A DNA stretch of 64,000 bases from a virus (IMGVR_UViG_2974649431_000001:28282-92281), one strand, 5' to 3'. Counted from the first letter of the stretch, positions 27,944-37,672 are shown. The notes: generated by a model not told the origin, from the sequence alone. Numbers and translations are program-made.

Positions 27944-29527
27944 GTGTCAATCAATATCCAGGACTGCTACCTGGGCAATGTCAAGCTGAAGAAGACCGGC
28001 GTTGCCCAAGAAATGAATGTGTTCGAGAAGCAGGAGTACATGCGATGCATCATCGACATACCCTACTTCGTGCGCACCTACGTCAAGATCGTCAGTCTGG
28101 ACGATGGCCTATGCGCCTTCATGCTGTACCCCTACCAGGAGCGCATGATCGAGCATATGCACGCACATCGCTTCTCCATCTTCATGACCTCGCGTCAGAT
28201 GGGCAAGACGACTGTCGCGGCAGGCTACCTGCTGCACGAAGCCATCTTCAACAAGAGCTTCCGCATCGCAATCCTGGCCAACAAGGGCGACCAAGCGCGG
28301 GAAATCATGTCCCGGATCCAGCTGATGTACGAGGAACTCCCTTGGTTCATGCAGCCCGGCGTCAGCGAGTGGAACAAGGGTAGCATCAAACTCGGCAACG
28401 GGACGACGATGTTCACCGGCGCGACCTCCAGCTCTTCCGTGCGGGGGAAGTCGATCAACATCGTCTACATGGACGAGTTCGCGCACATCGAAAACGACAC
28501 GGAATTCTACCAGTCCACGTACCCCGTTATCACTTCGGGCAAGACGACGAAGGTGATCATCACGTCCACGCCGAACGGGATGAATCTGTTCTACAAAATC
28601 TGGACGGAAGCAGTCAACGGGAGCAACGACTACAAGGCCCTGCAGATTTTCTGGCACGACCATCCCAAGCGGGATGAGTCCTGGCTGGAGGAGCAAGAGC
28701 GGAACATGCCGCCCAAGCAGATCGCACAGGAAATCCACTGCGCCTTCCACGGGTCCAGCGACACGCTGATCAGCGGCTCCAAACTGCAGAAGCTGGTTCA
28801 CAAGAGGCCAGTCAAGACGGACGAAAAGGAAAATCTTCAGATCTACGCTGAGGTTCAGCCGGGGCGCTCCTACGTGATCACCGTCGACACGGCGGAGGGC
28901 GTGGGTGCCGACAGCAGCGTCTGCAGCGTCTTCGATGTGACGCAGCAGCCCTACAAGCATGTCGCGAAGTACCGGAGCAACATCATTCCGCCGCTCATGT
29001 TCGCGAAGGTCGCGTTTGACATGGGCATGCACTACAACAACGCCCTCCTCGTCGTGGAGTCCAACAACAGCAGCGGGGCCATCGTCGTGAACCACCTGTG
29101 GTACGACCTTGAATACGACAACATGCTGACCACTCGCACTAAGGAAGGCGAGAACAAGATCAGCGGCGCTGCGCGCAGCCAGCCCGGCGTCCGCACAACC
29201 GTTCGGACAAAGGCCTTGGGGTGCTCCAACCTGAAGGCCATGATCGAATCGGACATGCTGGAGACCAACGACTTCGACACCATCCAGGAGCTCTCCACGT
29301 TCTGTGCGAAGGGCAAGTCCTACGAGGCATCGACGGGGAAAAACGACGACTGCGTCATGACGCTCGTGCTGTTCGCCTGGTTCTCCAACGAACCCTACTT
29401 CGCGGAAATGGTCGACGCGGACATCAAAGGCATCCTTGCCGACAGGCTTGCGGAGCAGGAAGAATTCCACATGCTGGGCGTCTACTTCGACGATGGAACG
29501 GAACCCGCGCACGTTGAGACTTTCTAA
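27944..29527 (+). CDS. gp17: terminase large subunit gp17
   Basis: GTG start with AAAGGA RBS. YLGN..LKK, Walker A SRQMGKT, Walker B YMDEFAH, ITSTPNG, nuclease VDTAEG and DDCVM. Confidence 0.97.
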   Translation: MSINIQDCYLGNVKLKKTGVAQEMNVFEKQEYMRCIIDIPYFVRTYVKIVSLDDGLCAFMLYPYQERMIEHMHAHRFSIFMTSRQMGKTTVAAGYLLHEAIFNKSFRIAILANKGDQAREIMSRIQLMYEELPWFMQPGVSEWNKGSIKLGNGTTMFTGATSSSSVRGKSINIVYMDEFAHIENDTEFYQSTYPVITSGKTTKVIITSTPNGMNLFYKIWTEAVNGSNDYKALQIFWHDHPKRDESWLEEQERNMPPKQIAQEIHCAFHGSSDTLISGSKLQKLVHKRPVKTDEKENLQIYAEVQPGRSYVITVDTAEGVGADSSVCSVFDVTQQPYKHVAKYRSNIIPPLMFAKVAFDMGMHYNNALLVVESNNSSGAIVVNHLWYDLEYDNMLTTRTKEGENKISGAARSQPGVRTTVRTKALGCSNLKAMIESDMLETNDFDTIQELSTFCAKGKSYEASTGKNDDCVMTLVLFAWFSNEPYFAEMVDADIKGILADRLAEQEEFHMLGVYFDDGTEPAHVETF

Positions 29528-29532
29528 AAAGC

Positions 29533-29538
29533 TAAATA
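29533..29538 (+). promoter_or_regulatory. late promoter (TAAATA)
   Basis: CTAAATAC in the gp17-gp18 gap. Confidence 0.7.
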
Positions 29539-29587
29539 CCTGAGCAAGAAATTCTACGACCAGATTTCATAGATTAGGAGAAAACAT

Positions 29588-31552
29588 ATGGCAAATCAAG
29601 TGAGCCCGGGCGTTGTCATCCGTGAGATTGACCTCACGAACAGCGTGCCGAACGTCGGCACCGCAGGCGGCGCAACCGTCGGTGAGTTCATGTGGGGTCC
29701 TGTCGACCAACTGACTCGTCTGGCGAGCGTTCGCGCGCTGGAAACGCAGTTCGGCAAGCCCACGGACAAGAACCACATCGACTGGTTCAGCGCATCCAAC
29801 TTCCTGTCCTACACGGGTGACCTCACAGTGGTCCGCGTGGTCGACGAAGACTCGGTGAACGCAACAGACGACGGTGCCGGCATCCTCGTGAAGAACAGCG
29901 CCCACTTCCAGATCGTGCAATCCGGTGCTACCACCGTGAAGTACGCTGCCAAGTACCCGGGTTCCCTGGGCAACAGCGTTGCACTGCACATCGCGGACGG
30001 CGCAAGCTTCACGGGCTGGGCATACGCCAACCTGTTTGACGGCGCTCCTGGCACGTCCGACCTGGCTGCTGAGCTCGGCGCGAAGAACGACGAACTCCAC
30101 GCCGTGGTGGTCGACAAGAACGGCCAGTTCACTGGCGTCGTGGGTGCAGTTCTCGAGACCTTCCCCTACATGAGCAAGGCCTCCAACGGCAAGGACGCGA
30201 ACAGCGCTCCCTCGTTCTACCGTGACGTGCTGAACCAGCGCAGCGCCTATGTCTGGGTGCTGGACGGCGAAGTCGGCGACACCGTGAGCGAAGTCTCTGG
30301 CGGTGCAATCGGCGCGGTCACCGTGACTGCCGGCGGCACAGGCTACACCAGCGCAACCGTGACCTTCACGGGCGGCGGCACAGGCGCTACTGGCACAGTC
30401 CAGACCAGCGGCGGCGCAGTGACTGGCGTGACCATCACGAACCCCGGCAAGGGATACGTGAACCCGACGGTCGTGATCGCAGGCCCCGGCAACGGCGCAA
30501 CCGCTACGACGACGGCTACACCCAAGGTGACCAAGACGAGCGTGGCCTTCGGCAGCCCGATGATCGATTCCCTGGGCGTCCCCGCTCTGTTCAACGCACT
30601 GGAAGATCCGGTTGCAGCGGGTCTCCTGGGCGGCAAGGACAGCACGGCCATCACCGCTGCAGAACTGAACCCTGGCTACTCCCTCTTCGGCAACGTGGAA
30701 GAAGTGGACGTTGGGCTGATCTTCGTGGGTCACGCCGGCGGCCAAACATCGCACCAGGCTGTGGTTCAACACGTCATCGACAACGTCGTGACAGTGCGCC
30801 GCGACGCCATGGTGTTCTTCTCGCCCAAGCTGGAAGACATCCTGGACAAGACGCAAAGCGCTGCTTCGACGGCAGTCATCGCTACCCGCAACCAGATCGC
30901 GCGCTCCACGAGCTTCGCGTCCATGGACAGCGGCTGGAAGCTCCAGTATGACGTCTACAACAACAAGACGCGGTACATCCCGCTGAACGCTGACATCGCT
31001 GGCCTGTGCGCGCAAGTGTCCAACACCTTCGATGACTGGTGGAGCCCTGGTGGTTACACCCGCGGTCAGGTCAAGAACGTCAGCTCGCTGGTGTTCAACC
31101 CGGACCAACAGAGCCGTGACGCGATGTACAAGGTGGGCATCAACTCGGTGGTGACCTTCAAGACGGACGGCACGATCCTCTACGGTGACAAGACCCTGCA
31201 GGGCAAGAACTCCGCGTTCTCCTACATCGGTACGCGCCGCCTGTTCATCCTGCTGCAGAAGTCCATCGCAAGCGCTGCCAAGTACAGCCTCTTCGAGTTC
31301 AACGACGACTACACGCGCGCCAACTTCCGCAACATGGTCGAACCCTACCTGCGTGAAGTCAAGGGCCGTCGTGGTCTGGACGACTTCCGCGTGGTTTGCG
31401 ATCGCACCAACAACACCGACCAGGTCATCATGTCCGGCGAGTTCGTGGGCGCGATCTACGTGAAGCCGCAGTACAGCATCCAGTGGGTGCGCCTGGACTT
31501 CGTGGCTGTGCGCCGCGATGTGGAGTTCAGCGAGGCTGTCGGCCAGTTCTAA
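29588..31552 (+). CDS. gp18: tail sheath protein gp18
   Basis: SPGVVIREIDLT..G.F.WGP..FG.P..A.NFL.Y..WWSP.G..RG..GDKT..RRLF..A.Y.LFEFND..TR..V.DRTNN..I.L.FVA.R. Confidence 0.97.
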   Translation: MANQVSPGVVIREIDLTNSVPNVGTAGGATVGEFMWGPVDQLTRLASVRALETQFGKPTDKNHIDWFSASNFLSYTGDLTVVRVVDEDSVNATDDGAGILVKNSAHFQIVQSGATTVKYAAKYPGSLGNSVALHIADGASFTGWAYANLFDGAPGTSDLAAELGAKNDELHAVVVDKNGQFTGVVGAVLETFPYMSKASNGKDANSAPSFYRDVLNQRSAYVWVLDGEVGDTVSEVSGGAIGAVTVTAGGTGYTSATVTFTGGGTGATGTVQTSGGAVTGVTITNPGKGYVNPTVVIAGPGNGATATTTATPKVTKTSVAFGSPMIDSLGVPALFNALEDPVAAGLLGGKDSTAITAAELNPGYSLFGNVEEVDVGLIFVGHAGGQTSHQAVVQHVIDNVVTVRRDAMVFFSPKLEDILDKTQSAASTAVIATRNQIARSTSFASMDSGWKLQYDVYNNKTRYIPLNADIAGLCAQVSNTFDDWWSPGGYTRGQVKNVSSLVFNPDQQSRDAMYKVGINSVVTFKTDGTILYGDKTLQGKNSAFSYIGTRRLFILLQKSIASAAKYSLFEFNDDYTRANFRNMVEPYLREVKGRRGLDDFRVVCDRTNNTDQVIMSGEFVGAIYVKPQYSIQWVRLDFVAVRRDVEFSEAVGQF

Positions 31553-31606
31553 GGGTAAGGGCGAAAGCCCTTCCCTGTTCAACATTCAACAGACAAGGAC
31601 AAAGAA

Positions 31607-32152
31607 ATGACAGCATCCATCGCCGACTTCCTGGCTAACTTCCAAGGCGGCGGCTTCCGCCCGAACCGCTACAACGTCGTCCTGACGTATCCCAACGGCG
31701 TGCCGAACGCCCTCGCAGCAGCCGTGAAGACGGGCTTCACCTGCAAGGCCGCAAGCATCCCCGCATCGAGCGTGGGCGTCGTGGAAATCCCGTACATGGG
31801 CCGCAACGCCAAGGTGCCGGGTGACAAGACCTGGGCCGACTGGACGGTTTCCATCTTCATCGACACCGACTTCGCGACGCGCGACGTGTTCGAGACGTGG
31901 CACGACCTCATCCTGGGCTTCTCCAACAACACGGCAGCCCCTGGCTTCGCGAACCCTGTGAACGCATTCGCTGCTGCACAGGTGCAAGCGCTGGACCGCT
32001 ACGACAACATCATCAAGACCTACAACGTGGAAGGCATGTGGCCGACGGAAGTGGGTGAAGTGACTCTGGGCTTCGACCAGAACGACCAAGTCGCTGAGAT
32101 GCAGGTGACGTTCGCCATCAACGGCTGGTACAGCGAAGCGACGCCTAACTAA
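31607..32152 (+). CDS. gp19: tail tube protein gp19
   Basis: GG.RPNR..V..F.CKAA.IP...G..E.PY.GR..K..GD.T..W.V..D.F..R..FE.W..WP..VG...L. Confidence 0.95.
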   Translation: MTASIADFLANFQGGGFRPNRYNVVLTYPNGVPNALAAAVKTGFTCKAASIPASSVGVVEIPYMGRNAKVPGDKTWADWTVSIFIDTDFATRDVFETWHDLILGFSNNTAAPGFANPVNAFAAAQVQALDRYDNIIKTYNVEGMWPTEVGEVTLGFDQNDQVAEMQVTFAINGWYSEATPN

Positions 32153-32160
32153 GGACTGAC

Positions 32161-32484
32161 GTGAATCGGTACAGTTCTTACATCAGCTCCCTGACCGAGG
32201 CCTTTGAGAATGCGGACCTCGCGGTTCGCGCTGCGAAGGGAAGCTACACGGGAGTCACCATCGATGCGAAGGGCAACGTGACTTCCGATGGCAAGCGCAT
32301 CCTGGAGCTTCCGAACACCGGCGACAAGTACGGTTCGGGCTCCGGCGAAGTGGACATCCAGACCAGCACTGGCACCCACATGGGTGTCAAAGTCGTCTCG
32401 GCGGGCAAGTCGACGGTGAAGGGCAACCAATACAAGGTTGTCGACTCGGGCGGCAAGACCCTCGTGACCTTCTCCGTGCAGTAA
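32161..32484 (+). CDS. small hypothetical protein; candidate internal head protein
   Basis: GTG start with AAGGA RBS; N-terminus MNRYSSYISSLTEA. Confidence 0.65.
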   Translation: MNRYSSYISSLTEAFENADLAVRAAKGSYTGVTIDAKGNVTSDGKRILELPNTGDKYGSGSGEVDIQTSTGTHMGVKVVSAGKSTVKGNQYKVVDSGGKTLVTFSVQ

Positions 32485-32502
32485 CTGCCAGAGGCCTACT
32501 TT

Positions 32503-32528
32503 AGCCCGCCGAGTGCGGGCTTTTCTTT
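32503..32528 (+). terminator. rho-independent terminator
   Basis: AGCCCGC-CGAGT-GCGGGCT followed by TTTCTTT. Confidence 0.8.
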
Positions 32529-32532
32529 GACT

Positions 32533-32538
32533 TAAATA
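32533..32538 (+). promoter_or_regulatory. late promoter (TAAATA)
   Basis: TTAAATAT after the terminator, 18 nt before the portal ATG (GAGGA RBS). Confidence 0.7.
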
Positions 32539-32555
32539 TCTCAAAGAGGATCAAC

Positions 32556-34217
32556 ATGGAAATTTTCGGCATCGAAATCAAGCGCAAGAAGGCCCCGAAA
32601 GAGGAACTTCGGGTACTTGACCTAAACGACGAGCTCGCGGATGCTGGCGTCGTTCTCGACGGCGGGGACGCGGGCATTAGCTCTCAAGGGGGCGTGTTCG
32701 ACGGCATCGGCGAAGGTGCTGCTACGGTTCCTGCTGATGAGGTTGAACTGATCCGGCGCTACCGAGAGATTGCGGTCACCGGCGAAGTAGACGAGGCGCT
32801 GCAAGAAATCCGGAACGAGGTCTTCATCTTCGACGTACCGGGAAAGCGCGCCTTTGACATCGACTTCACGGATGAAGATGGCGCGCCCAGCCCCAGCATC
32901 CAGAAGAAGATTGCAGCAGAGGTCGCAACGCTCTACAACGTCATCGACTTCCACCGCAACGGCACCAAGCTGTTCGACAGCTGGTACATCAACGGGAAGA
33001 TCCACATCCAGAAGGTCGTGGACAAGCGGAACCCCAAGCTGGGCATCCTGCACACGCAAATCCTCGACCCGCTGAACATCCGTCTCGTGAAGTACGTGAA
33101 GAAGGAAGCCGGCGAGATTGGCGTCGACTTGAACAAGATCCAGAGCTGGTACATGTACGGCCGGACCTTCGACGAGAAGATCAAGTATGGCGTGGTCAAC
33201 GTCATCGACTACGGACAGAGTGTCTCGGGGCTTCGCATCCACCCGGATAGCATTGCATACGCTGACAGCGGCATCCGTGACCTGAACACAGGCAAGTCGA
33301 TTGGCTACCTCTACAAGGCGCTGACACCCTACAACAACCTGAAGATGATGGAAGACGCCATGGTGATCTTCCGTGTGGTTCGCGCGCCCCAGCGTCGTGC
33401 GATCTACGTTGACGTGGGTCAGCTGCAGAAGAACAAAGCGGACGGCTACATGAAAGAAATCATGGCGCGGTTCAAGAACAAGATGACCTACGACAGCAAG
33501 ACAGGCACGCTTGCTGACCGTCGCAACATCCTCTCCATGCAAGAGGACTACTGGCTGCCGCGTCGCGAAGGCAGCAAGGGCACGGAGATCACAACGATCG
33601 ACGGCCAGGACACCAGCGGCGTCATCGAAGAAGTTGAATACTACCGGGACAAGCTGTGGCGAGCGCTGGGCGTGCCCCGCAGCCGCTTTGGTGACCAGGC
33701 GCAGAGCTTCGTCTTCGGCAAGGGCATTGAGATCCAGCGCGACGAGTACCGCTTCAAGAAGTTCATCAACAACCTGCGCCGCTACTTCCTGGAGTTCTTC
33801 GCGGACTGCCTGCGCACGCAGCTCATCCTGAAGAACATCATCACGCCGGAAGACTGGCCTGACATCCATCGGACTATGTTCTGGACGTTCGCCGAGGATA
33901 ACGCGTTTGTTGAGTACAAAGAGTCTGAAATCATAAATAACCGTATCAACCTGCTTGACGCCTGCGACAAGTATGTTGGTAAGTATTTCACAGTTGACTG
34001 GGTGCGCAAGAACGTGCTCCGGCAGACTGACCTGGAGATCCAAGCTGAGACTGACCAGATGGATCGAGAAGAAAAAGAAGGCCTGTACGACCGAGAAGTC
34101 GACGATGAAGGAAACGATGTCACCCAACCAAAATTCTTCCCCCGAGAGTCAAACCCAGCTTTTGGAGTCCCGGATCAAGGACCGGGTGGCCCAAGTGCTG
34201 GCGGCCAAGATAGCTGA
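32556..34217 (+). CDS. gp20: portal vertex protein gp20
   Basis: LIRRYRE.A...EVD.A..EI.NE, L.MMEDA.VI.R..RAP.RR..Y.DVG.L...KA..Y, EDYWLPRREG.KGTEITT, I.RDE..F.KFI. Confidence 0.97.
   Translation: MEIFGIEIKRKKAPKEELRVLDLNDELADAGVVLDGGDAGISSQGGVFDGIGEGAATVPADEVELIRRYREIAVTGEVDEALQEIRNEVFIFDVPGKRAFDIDFTDEDGAPSPSIQKKIAAEVATLYNVIDFHRNGTKLFDSWYINGKIHIQKVVDKRNPKLGILHTQILDPLNIRLVKYVKKEAGEIGVDLNKIQSWYMYGRTFDEKIKYGVVNVIDYGQSVSGLRIHPDSIAYADSGIRDLNTGKSIGYLYKALTPYNNLKMMEDAMVIFRVVRAPQRRAIYVDVGQLQKNKADGYMKEIMARFKNKMTYDSKTGTLADRRNILSMQEDYWLPRREGSKGTEITTIDGQDTSGVIEEVEYYRDKLWRALGVPRSRFGDQAQSFVFGKGIEIQRDEYRFKKFINNLRRYFLEFFADCLRTQLILKNIITPEDWPDIHRTMFWTFAEDNAFVEYKESEIINNRINLLDACDKYVGKYFTVDWVRKNVLRQTDLEIQAETDQMDREEKEGLYDREVDDEGNDVTQPKFFPRESNPAFGVPDQGPGGPSAGGQDS
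33934..33939 (+). promoter_or_regulatory. late promoter embedded in gp20 (CATAAATA)
   Basis: CATAAATA, encoded with rare AT-rich codons inside a C/G-ending gene, upstream of ATG 34117. Confidence 0.55.
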
Positions 34218-34845
34218 AAAGCTCCCCTCCGCTCAACTGAAGGAGAGCTCCGAGGGCGGCGCTGACCTGAAGCTGCTGGCGCTCGCGAAGAGCTTCGGCG
34301 GCAAGGACACCGACTACCAAGAGGGCGTTTTTGTCGCTGAGTTTGAGAGCCAAGCTGCCCTCGATCACTTCGCTGACGCACTGGACGACCTGGATTGCGT
34401 GGACTCCTACGAGATCCGTGTGCAAGGTGGCGACGGCGAGGTCGTGTCATACGATGCCCTCCCTCAGGACATCCGCGCAGTCGTGATCGTCTACCTGGGC
34501 GAGGACTACATCGACTATGGTTTCTACGAGACCGAGGACGAAGACCACGAAGCAGCCCAAGTGGAGCCCGACCAGAGCATTGAGCTCAACGAAGTCGCGC
34601 GCCGCATCAAGGTCAACTCCCGTGGCACCAAGCGCATCAAGATGCAGTGCCAGCCGGGCTACAAGTGGGACGCCAACAACCGCGCCTGCGTGAAGATCAC
34701 GGGCAATGAGCTGGCGACCAAGCGCAAGGCCAACCGCCGGGCAGTACTGACGAAGAAATCCATGGGCTCCACGTTCAAGAAGCGTGTGGTCCGCAAAACC
34801 AAGAAGGCAATGCGCTACCGGAAAGCGCTGGGGCTGAACACATGA
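34117..34845 (+). CDS. gp68: prohead core protein (gp67/gp68-like)
   Basis: ATG at 34117 with GAAGGA RBS. Basic C-terminus ..KRKANRRAVLTKK..RKTKKAMRYRKALGL as in gp68; lies between gp20 and gp21. Confidence 0.7.
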   Translation: MSPNQNSSPESQTQLLESRIKDRVAQVLAAKIAEKLPSAQLKESSEGGADLKLLALAKSFGGKDTDYQEGVFVAEFESQAALDHFADALDDLDCVDSYEIRVQGGDGEVVSYDALPQDIRAVVIVYLGEDYIDYGFYETEDEDHEAAQVEPDQSIELNEVARRIKVNSRGTKRIKMQCQPGYKWDANNRACVKITGNELATKRKANRRAVLTKKSMGSTFKKRVVRKTKKAMRYRKALGLNT

Positions 34846-35522
34846 TCCAAGTTCTCACAGAAGAATTCGAAGCGCAGAACATCATCCAGGAGTCCAAGGA
34901 CGAAGCGGGTCGCCCCGCTAAGAACTACTTCCTGGAGGGCATCTGCATCCAGAGCAACATCAAGAACCGCAACGGGCGCCTGTATCCCAAGGCTTTGGTT
35001 GACCGTGAGGTGAACCGCTACATCACAGAGATGGTCGCGACGAACCGAGCAGTCGGCGAGCTGAACCATCCGGAAGCGCGATCCAGCATCGACTACGAGC
35101 GCGTGAGCCACAAGTACGTGAGCCTCACGGAGAGCGGGAACAACTGGATTGGGCGCGCACAAGTCACAACGGGTACCCCGATGGGCTCCATCGTTGCAGG
35201 TCTCATGGACTGCGGTGTCGTGATGGGCACCTCCAGCCGTGCCAATGGCACTACACGCTTGCATGAGGGCGTGAAGGTCGTGCAGAACGACTTCCGTCTG
35301 GTCACGCCCGGCGACATCGTGTCTGACCCCAGCGCTCCCGATGCATTCCTCACAGGGCTCATGGAGAACAAGGAATGGGTCTACGGCAACGGCGTCCTCT
35401 TCGAGCGCGAGGTTGAAATGAAAGACAAGGTAAATACCCTTGCAAGGACAAAGCAACTCAACGAACAGTCGATGAAGAACCTCTTCGGACTGATCATGAC
35501 AATGGTTAAGGAGAAAAACTGA
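34842..35522 (+). CDS. gp21: prohead protease gp21
   Basis: YFLEGI..QS..KNRNGR.YP..A.GEL.HP..SHK..GRA.V..TPMG..G.SSR.G..D.V..PSAPDA. Confidence 0.96.
   Translation: MIQVLTEEFEAQNIIQESKDEAGRPAKNYFLEGICIQSNIKNRNGRLYPKALVDREVNRYITEMVATNRAVGELNHPEARSSIDYERVSHKYVSLTESGNNWIGRAQVTTGTPMGSIVAGLMDCGVVMGTSSRANGTTRLHEGVKVVQNDFRLVTPGDIVSDPSAPDAFLTGLMENKEWVYGNGVLFEREVEMKDKVNTLARTKQLNEQSMKNLFGLIMTMVKEKN
35431..35436 (+). promoter_or_regulatory. late promoter (TAAATA)
   Basis: GTAAATAC inside the gp21 3' end, upstream of gp22. Confidence 0.5.
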
Positions 35523-36346
35523 TGCTGAAAGAGCAAATCACTGCATTCCTGGGTGCCGAAACCGGCCTGACGGAAGCACACATCGAAGCACTCTCGAGCG
35601 CGTTCGGCGCCCAGCTGGCGGAAGCCAAACTGGAGGCTAAGGTAGCCGCTGCCGAGGAACATGCAACTGAGCTGGCTGCACTGAAGGAAGCGCATGAAGC
35701 CGACAAGGCTGCCGCCGTCGAGCTGGCCGCCGCCAAGCTGGAAGAGTGCGTGGACGTCGCCGTCGCCGAGGCCCTGAAGGAACACGAAACCCGCTTCGTG
35801 GATGCCGACACGGTCGCACGCGTGAGCAATGCCATCAACGAGATCAAGGGTGTGTTCGAGAAGAACGGCTTCGTGCTGAACGAGAACGCTCCCCTCCAGG
35901 AAGCCCAAGCCAAGCTGGAAGAGTCCAAGGCCGAGTACAACACGCTCTTCGAACGGAACACCACCCTGAAGGAAGAGCTGGCGAACACGGCACTGGAACT
36001 GGAAATGGCCAAGCGCACCATCATCTTCCAGAGCGTCACGTCCGGCCTCGCCGACACGCTGAAGGAGAAGGTCGGCGCACTGGCTGAAGCCGTCACGTTC
36101 GACAGCACCGAAGAGTTCCGCGAAGGCCTGAAGCTGATCGTCGAGCAAGCCAAGAGCAAGGCCGAAGTCCCTGCCAAGAAGGACAGCGAAGACGACACGA
36201 CGGATGCCGACGACAAGGACAGCAAGGACAAGGACGGCAAGGGTCCGATGAACGAAAGCGTCATCGATGCCTTCGGTCGCCCGACCAAGCGTCTGCAAGA
36301 CATGACGCCCGCTGAGCGTCAAGCCTACTACCGCACAGCCCGCTGA
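35522..36346 (+). CDS. gp22: prohead scaffold protein gp22
   Basis: Acidic Ala-rich coiled coil with T.GL.DT.KEK...LAE.V.F....F...L; between gp21 and gp23. Confidence 0.85.
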   Translation: MLKEQITAFLGAETGLTEAHIEALSSAFGAQLAEAKLEAKVAAAEEHATELAALKEAHEADKAAAVELAAAKLEECVDVAVAEALKEHETRFVDADTVARVSNAINEIKGVFEKNGFVLNENAPLQEAQAKLEESKAEYNTLFERNTTLKEELANTALELEMAKRTIIFQSVTSGLADTLKEKVGALAEAVTFDSTEEFREGLKLIVEQAKSKAEVPAKKDSEDDTTDADDKDSKDKDGKGPMNESVIDAFGRPTKRLQDMTPAERQAYYRTAR

Positions 36347-36391
36347 TCGCACTGAGAGTTTCGGGTTGAAAAGCCTGAAATTTTCAGAACG

Positions 36392-36397
36392 TAAATA
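36392..36397 (+). promoter_or_regulatory. late promoter (TAAATA)
   Basis: GTAAATAC 40 nt before the capsid ATG (AGGAG RBS). Confidence 0.7.
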
Positions 36398-36436
36398 CCA
36401 AGAGAAACAAACAAACCTCGTAATTTAGGAGAAAGC

Positions 36437-37672
36437 ATGACCAAGGAAATCCTGACGGAAAAGTGGGCAGAAGAGCTGAAGGAAGACGCTGCAGCACCGG
36501 CTGACAGCCAAGCCCACAAGCAGAAGACGACAGCCCAGCTGCTGGAAAACCAAGACCACTTCCTGGCTGAGGCCTCCAACGTGGTCGCCGGCGTCGAGAA
36601 CTGGGACCCGATCCTGATGAAGCTGGTGCGCCGCATGGCTCCCAAGCTGATCGCCTATGACCTGTGCGGTGTGCAGGCCATGACTGGCCCGACTGGCCTG
36701 ATGTTCGCGCTGAAGGCTCGCTACGCTGGCCGCAACGGCACGACACCGGGCACTGGCTCCGGTTCCGGCGAAACCCCGCAAGGCGGCGCAGAAGCCCTGG
36801 GCCTGGACGAAGCACGTACCAACTACTCCGGCACTGGCACGCACGCAGGCACCAACCCGTGGGCTGCTGGCTACCAGACCGGCACAGGCAAGTCGACCGC
36901 CGCTGGCGAAACCGACGCCTGGGCAGCAATGGGCGTGACGATCGAGAAGTCCAGCATCGCTGCTGTGACCCGTCAACTGCGCGCTGACTACTCCCTGGAA
37001 CTGGCCCAGGACATGAAGGCCATCCACGGTCTGGACGCCGACACAGAACTGGTGAACATCCTGTCCACCGAGCTGATCGCCGAACTGAACCGCGAAGTGG
37101 TCCGTACGATCTACGGCATCTCCAAGCAAGGTGCGCAGTTCGCAACGACTCCTGGCACGTACGACATGCAGAACGACGCCGACGGCCGCTGGGCTGCTGA
37201 GCGCTACAAGGGCCTGCTGTTCGCGATCGAGCGTGACGCCAACGTCATCGCTACCGAAACGCGCCGCGGCAAGGGCAACCTGCTGATCGTGTCCGCTGAC
37301 GTGGCATCCGCCCTGGTGATGGCCGGCATCCTGGACTACAATCCGGCAGTGCAAGGCATGACCGGCAACCTGCAAGTGGACGTGACGGGCACGAGCTACG
37401 CCGGCCAAGCAGGTCGCTTCAAGGTGTTCGTTGACCCCTACGCTACCGGCAACGGTTACGTGGTCGGCTTCAAGGGCATGAACCAGTACGACGCTGGCAT
37501 GTTCTACTGCCCCTACGTGCCCCTGCAACTGGTGCGCGCTGTCGACCCGACCAACTTCCACCCGGCCCTGGGCTTCAAGACGCGTTACGCACTCGCTGCG
37601 AACCCGTTCACGACGCTGGGCGCTGGCCAAAACGTGTACTACCGCAAGGCGGAGATCATCAACCTGATCTAA
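36437..37672 (+). CDS. gp23: major capsid protein gp23
   Basis: DP.L..LVRR..P.LIAYD.CGVQ.MTGPTG..FAL..RY, IEK..I.A..RQL.A.YS.ELAQD..A.HGLDA..EL..ILS.E...E.NRE, FYCPYVPL, GFKTRY. Confidence 0.98.
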   Translation: MTKEILTEKWAEELKEDAAAPADSQAHKQKTTAQLLENQDHFLAEASNVVAGVENWDPILMKLVRRMAPKLIAYDLCGVQAMTGPTGLMFALKARYAGRNGTTPGTGSGSGETPQGGAEALGLDEARTNYSGTGTHAGTNPWAAGYQTGTGKSTAAGETDAWAAMGVTIEKSSIAAVTRQLRADYSLELAQDMKAIHGLDADTELVNILSTELIAELNREVVRTIYGISKQGAQFATTPGTYDMQNDADGRWAAERYKGLLFAIERDANVIATETRRGKGNLLIVSADVASALVMAGILDYNPAVQGMTGNLQVDVTGTSYAGQAGRFKVFVDPYATGNGYVVGFKGMNQYDAGMFYCPYVPLQLVRAVDPTNFHPALGFKTRYALAANPFTTLGAGQNVYYRKAEIINLI

